Origin: Roseibacillus sp.
Lineage (GTDB): Bacteria; Verrucomicrobiota; Verrucomicrobiia; Verrucomicrobiales; Akkermansiaceae
DNA: 64,000 nt
Assembly (NCBI GenBank): GCA_965242925.1
Contig: CBDEUM010000013.1
Coordinates: 160,001-224,000 of the forward strand
Reading direction: 5' to 3'
The translations under genes were made by a program, and so were the position numbers. Position 1 is the first letter of the stretch. Every line of letters starts with the position of its first letter. Positions 60,474 through 64,000 of this stretch are shown piece after piece. The notes under the pieces are model-generated. The model was not told the DNA's origin and made no database searches. It saw only the letters and a list, made by a program, of their open reading frames with translations.

Positions 60474-63400
60474 TTATTCCTGACCCGCTGGAATCGCGGG
60501 AGTGGGGTTGGCGATGACCGCTCGTCCGTTGCTGCCCTGAAATTCCCACATCAGGAGGACGGGTCGGTCAGGATCGATCTGGCGGCGGAACTGAACGGGA
60601 TCACCGGAGGTTTCCGCCACCCTTTCGCCGTTGATGGAGAAGACGAGGGAGTCGGACTCGCCACCCTCCTGCACGGACATGTCGAATTCCAGCAGAGTGG
60701 GTTCGGTAATCTCGACAATGAGCCGACTGGTGGAACCGGGAGCTCCCGCAGTGCTGGTGAGATTGCCGGTGGCGGGATTCGTGCGCCATGAGGAGGACCC
60801 CCTGAGACCGTAGCGCCCGGAAGAGGTGAACCTCTCAATTCCCCGGGCCAGCTGGGATCCCTGGTCCACGGTAAAGATGAGGCGATAGAGCTTGGCGCTG
60901 TCTCCCTCCCCGCGAGGTGGGCCGATGAGGGTGAGGGCGTCACCGGAGAGCTCCTGGGAGAAGGAGCCGCTCACGTCACGCCACTGGTTGTCACTGTCGG
61001 CATCATGAACCTCCCAGCGCAGGTCGGCGGCAGAGGTCGAGAGAGGAGTGCTGAGGACCGGTCGGTTCTCGACAAGGCGGAAGGAGAGGCCGGGGCCGAC
61101 CACGGTGTCGGCGGCGGGCTGGCCGGCGGCGTAGGCCCGGAGGAGGCTGTTGAATCGGTCAGCACTGTCGCCCTGGAGCAGGTCGAGCAGGCTCGAGATC
61201 TCACCACCGGTGGCAGCGGTGAGCCAGCGATCAAAGCCGCTGGCATCAGGATCAGGAGCGGCCCGCGCAGCGTAAATGGTTGCCTCGTGGGGATTGCCCA
61301 CGAGATAGCGGTCGCTGGGGGTCAGGCGGAGCAGGGCCATACGAGTCATGGCGCCGTCCCAGCCATCCACGGTGGTGAGAGCCAGTTCGGCGGCTGGTTG
61401 TCCGGCCGGGATGGTGATGGTGCGGGGCACGCTGTTGATGTGCGTGCCTTCAAGAGCGGTGCCATCCAGTTCCAGGCTCACGGTCAGGGCCGCCCCGGGT
61501 GTCCCGTCGCGGATGACGCGCACGCGGGCAGGCTGTCCGCTGGTGAGGGCATTCGGTTCGGTCACCACGAGGTGGATCATGGGATCATCACTCACCGAGC
61601 GGGCCACCGGGCCACCGGCCACTGCGTAGCGGAAGTGAGGGAGGATGGCGGTTTCCCACCGCTCCGGGCCCTCGGTCTCGAGGTCCGGCAGGGGTCGGAA
61701 GGTGATCAACTTGCTGGTCTCCCCGCGGTCGAAGCTCACCACCGCACGCTGGCCATCCTGGATGGCATCGCCCTCCAGGGCGATATCCCTGCCGAGGGCA
61801 TCCCGGAACAGTCCGAGGGGGACCTCGAGGGCTCCGGCGGTGCCGTCGCCGGTGCGGGTGATCTCGACCGAGAAGGATTCCTCGAGGGATTCGCGCAGGA
61901 CGGCATCATCCTGCGACCCGGGAGCGAGGGCGAGGGTGACCTCGGTGGGGATGCTCAAACCACCCATGCGGATGCGTCCCTCGACGATCAGTTCGATCAC
62001 CTGCTGGTCCCCGAAGACGGTGTCCTGCAGGGCGATCTCCTGGACGGAGCCGTCAGGACGCTGCAGGATGAGGATGGTGTCGAGGGTCGGGATGGGGGTG
62101 TCGAACCTGGTGTCCAGCCGGGTGGTGAGGAACTGGCGGGCATCGCCTGATTCCCCCCAGAAGAGGGCGGACAGGTCGATGACATCGTTCTCGGGATCAA
62201 AGTCGACGATGAGGTCATCGCCGGTGTCGACCCCACCGAAGACAAAGGTGTCCACGCCGGAAGTGCCGCGCAGGATGTCGGCCCCCGGGCCTCCCGAGAG
62301 AATAGTGTCCTGTCCCCCTCCTCCCAGGTCATCGTCTCCGTGCCCTCCGCGGATGATGTTTCGCCCATTGGCGGCTGCGGCCAGCCTGACCGGGCGCAGG
62401 TTGGTGCTGAAGTCCCAGGTGACGTGGCCGCTCCACTTTGACTGGAGGTAGTCGTGGACATCGCGGAGTTTCTGCTCCGGCAGGGCCGTGGGGAAGATGA
62501 GCAATTCGTGGAGGCTTCCCGCGAAACCATGTGCGATGGGATCCTCTACCGGAAGGGCGAGCCGTTGCGCACCGATGGTGGGCAGAACCGGGTCGAGGGC
62601 CTCGGCCTCGATCTCCTCGCCATTGTAGGAGAGCCCGAAGATGTTCTGCAGGGTAGAGTCCTCGCGGCGGAAGATGCTGGTGGAGATCTCCCCGGGGGAG
62701 GATTCGTAACCGCGGACCGCCAGTCCGTCGGCCTGGTAGAGCGGGGCGCCCGGGTAGGAGACGGCCTCGGCAGTTGGTTCGAGGCGAAGGAATCCACGAT
62801 TGGAGGAGAGGAGAACCTGCGAGGCACTGCGGGAACCGGGGGAACTCCAGGCCGCGAGGATGGTGTGGTTGCCGGGAGGAATGGCCTCGTCCTGGAAGAA
62901 GAGGTGGCTGGAGGGATCGCTGAACTGCACACTGTGGTGATTACCGAAAGGCACCACCGCGGGCTGATTCTCCTCGAGCGGTTGCATGGCATTACGCTCG
63001 TTTCCGGAGCGGTCGTTCCAGGAGGACACCGCTTCGCCGACCGGGAGGGAGGCTGCATCGAGCCAGAGGGCGGAATCGTTCCCATCCGTGGTGCTGGGAC
63101 TGGTCACACGAAGCTGCACCGCGCCGGACCTTGGTTCGCCGCCGTCATTCCATGTCAGGGGAAGGGAGGCAGCACGGACGGACGGATCCTGGTGGGCAAT
63201 GGTAAGCCGTCCAGACTCAAGAGCTGCGATGGTCAGAGTAGTGTGGTCTTCCTCGAGGGGAGTTCCATCCAGCTTCACCTGGAAGCCGTTCAAGGGGGCG
63301 AGATCCAGGGTGAGGGAGATCTCTGCCGGGGAGCTGTCAGAATCGTGGAACTGGAGCAGGCAGCCGGCTTCCCCGAGTTCGGGGACGAGCAGTTCCATGG

Positions 63401-64000
63401 TGGCGAGTTCGGGATCGAGGTTACTGTCCTGCGGGTCAGTTCCCCGGAAAAACTCGGCCCGGTTGCTCCATCCGTCACCGTCGGAATCCGCATCGGCGTC
63501 GGCAAGGCCGGGATCGAGGCTGTTCAGGCTCTCCCACCAGTCCGGCAGGCCGTCCCCGTCGCTGTCAGTGCTGTCGCCGGCGATCACGAGATCGAGGCGA
63601 TAGGCTTCGGCACGGCTGGCAAAGCTCAGGGCATAGAACTCGTTGCTCCCGTCGGGCAGGGTCGCTGGTTGGTCATCAATCGTGATGCCCTCGATCTTGA
63701 AATCGGCAGGGGTTTGCCCGATGGAGAGGAAGTCCCCGAGGCGAGGGGCTTCGGGGAGGTAGGCGAGGGGGACCCTGAGGGCATAGGAATATGGCTTGGC
63801 CGCACTCGCCCCCGTGGGTTCGAGGGAGGTCTTGACCGTGACGCTGTTTCCGGCGCTGGCCTGGTTGGCAAAAGTCATCTCAAGTTGCCCGGACTGGAGG
63901 AGGACCGTTCCAGCCCCGCCAATCTTGCGAACCTCCCCGTAGAAGGTGACGAAGCCGTCGGTAAATCCCTGTCCGAACGCGGAAGCGGAGATGGCGGCGA
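60474..64000 (-). CDS. Large exported Ca-binding repeat protein (DxDGDG repeats, LamG-like, RTX-like and Calx-beta-like segments); 5' end outside the window
   Basis: Frame open to the window edge (AAISASAFGQ, signal-peptide end); DSDGDGLPDWWE, LWLDAA..WNDRSGN, GGHGDDDL/GGPGADIL, VSFDRGETSK. Confidence 0.8.
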   Translation of the reverse strand, partial: AAISASAFGQGFTDGFVTFYGEVRKIGGAGTVLLQSGQLEMTFANQASAGNSVTVKTSLEPTGASAAKPYSYALRVPLAYLPEAPRLGDFLSIGQTPADFKIEGITIDDQPATLPDGSNEFYALSFASRAEAYRLDLVIAGDSTDSDGDGLPDWWESLNSLDPGLADADADSDGDGWSNRAEFFRGTDPQDSNLDPELATMELLVPELGEAGCLLQFHDSDSSPAEISLTLDLAPLNGFQVKLDGTPLEEDHTTLTIAALESGRLTIAHQDPSVRAASLPLTWNDGGEPRSGAVQLRVTSPSTTDGNDSALWLDAASLPVGEAVSSWNDRSGNERNAMQPLEENQPAVVPFGNHHSVQFSDPSSHLFFQDEAIPPGNHTILAAWSSPGSRSASQVLLSSNRGFLRLEPTAEAVSYPGAPLYQADGLAVRGYESSPGEISTSIFRREDSTLQNIFGLSYNGEEIEAEALDPVLPTIGAQRLALPVEDPIAHGFAGSLHELLIFPTALPEQKLRDVHDYLQSKWSGHVTWDFSTNLRPVRLAAAANGRNIIRGGHGDDDLGGGGQDTILSGGPGADILRGTSGVDTFVFGGVDTGDDLIVDFDPENDVIDLSALFWGESGDARQFLTTRLDTRFDTPIPTLDTILILQRPDGSVQEIALQDTVFGDQQVIELIVEGRIRMGGLSIPTEVTLALAPGSQDDAVLRESLEESFSVEITRTGDGTAGALEVPLGLFRDALGRDIALEGDAIQDGQRAVVSFDRGETSKLITFRPLPDLETEGPERWETAILPHFRYAVAGGPVARSVSDDPMIHLVVTEPNALTSGQPARVRVIRDGTPGAALTVSLELDGTALEGTHINSVPRTITIPAGQPAAELALTTVDGWDGAMTRMALLRLTPSDRYLVGNPHEATIYAARAAPDPDASGFDRWLTAATGGEISSLLDLLQGDSADRFNSLLRAYAAGQPAADTVVGPGLSFRLVENRPVLSTPLSTSAADLRWEVHDADSDNQWRDVSGSFSQELSGDALTLIGPPRGEGDSAKLYRLIFTVDQGSQLARGIERFTSSGRYGLRGSSSWRTNPATGNLTSTAGAPGSTSRLIVEITEPTLLEFDMSVQEGGESDSLVFSINGERVAETSGDPVQFRRQIDPDRPVLLMWEFQGSNGRAVIANPTPAIPAGQE

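Overview
GC-rich bacterial chromosomal window with no rRNA, tRNA, CRISPR array or mobile element. Gene content (DUF1501 and DUF1549/DUF1553 pairs, a MoxR-DUF58-BatA-VWA-prenyltransferase cluster, cytochrome c/DUF6797-like and PQQ-propeller proteins) points to a PVC-superphylum organism, probably Verrucomicrobiota (inference). About 42 coding regions are supported. They include a CusA/CzcA RND pump with a His/Cys-rich partner, a hydroxyproline catabolic cluster, deoC with two aldehyde dehydrogenase genes, selO, uvrB, an M1 aminopeptidase and several large secreted proteins. Three genes (uvrB, a DUF4175-like gene, a PQQ-propeller gene) are broken by small indels that look like sequencing errors. 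The most notable signal is at 39.3-43.9 kb. A hybrid histidine kinase, an Hpt protein and a sigma-54 activator sit next to a near-consensus sigma-54 promoter with a perfect IHF box and paired enhancer-like palindromes. This promoter appears to drive a roughly 400-nt, highly structured, terminator-bounded, apparently non-coding RNA, echoing the Vibrio LuxU-LuxO-Qrr design. A second candidate structured RNA at about 29.2-29.4 kb has similar paired palindromes upstream. Family calls come from motif recognition only; no database search or folding program was run.
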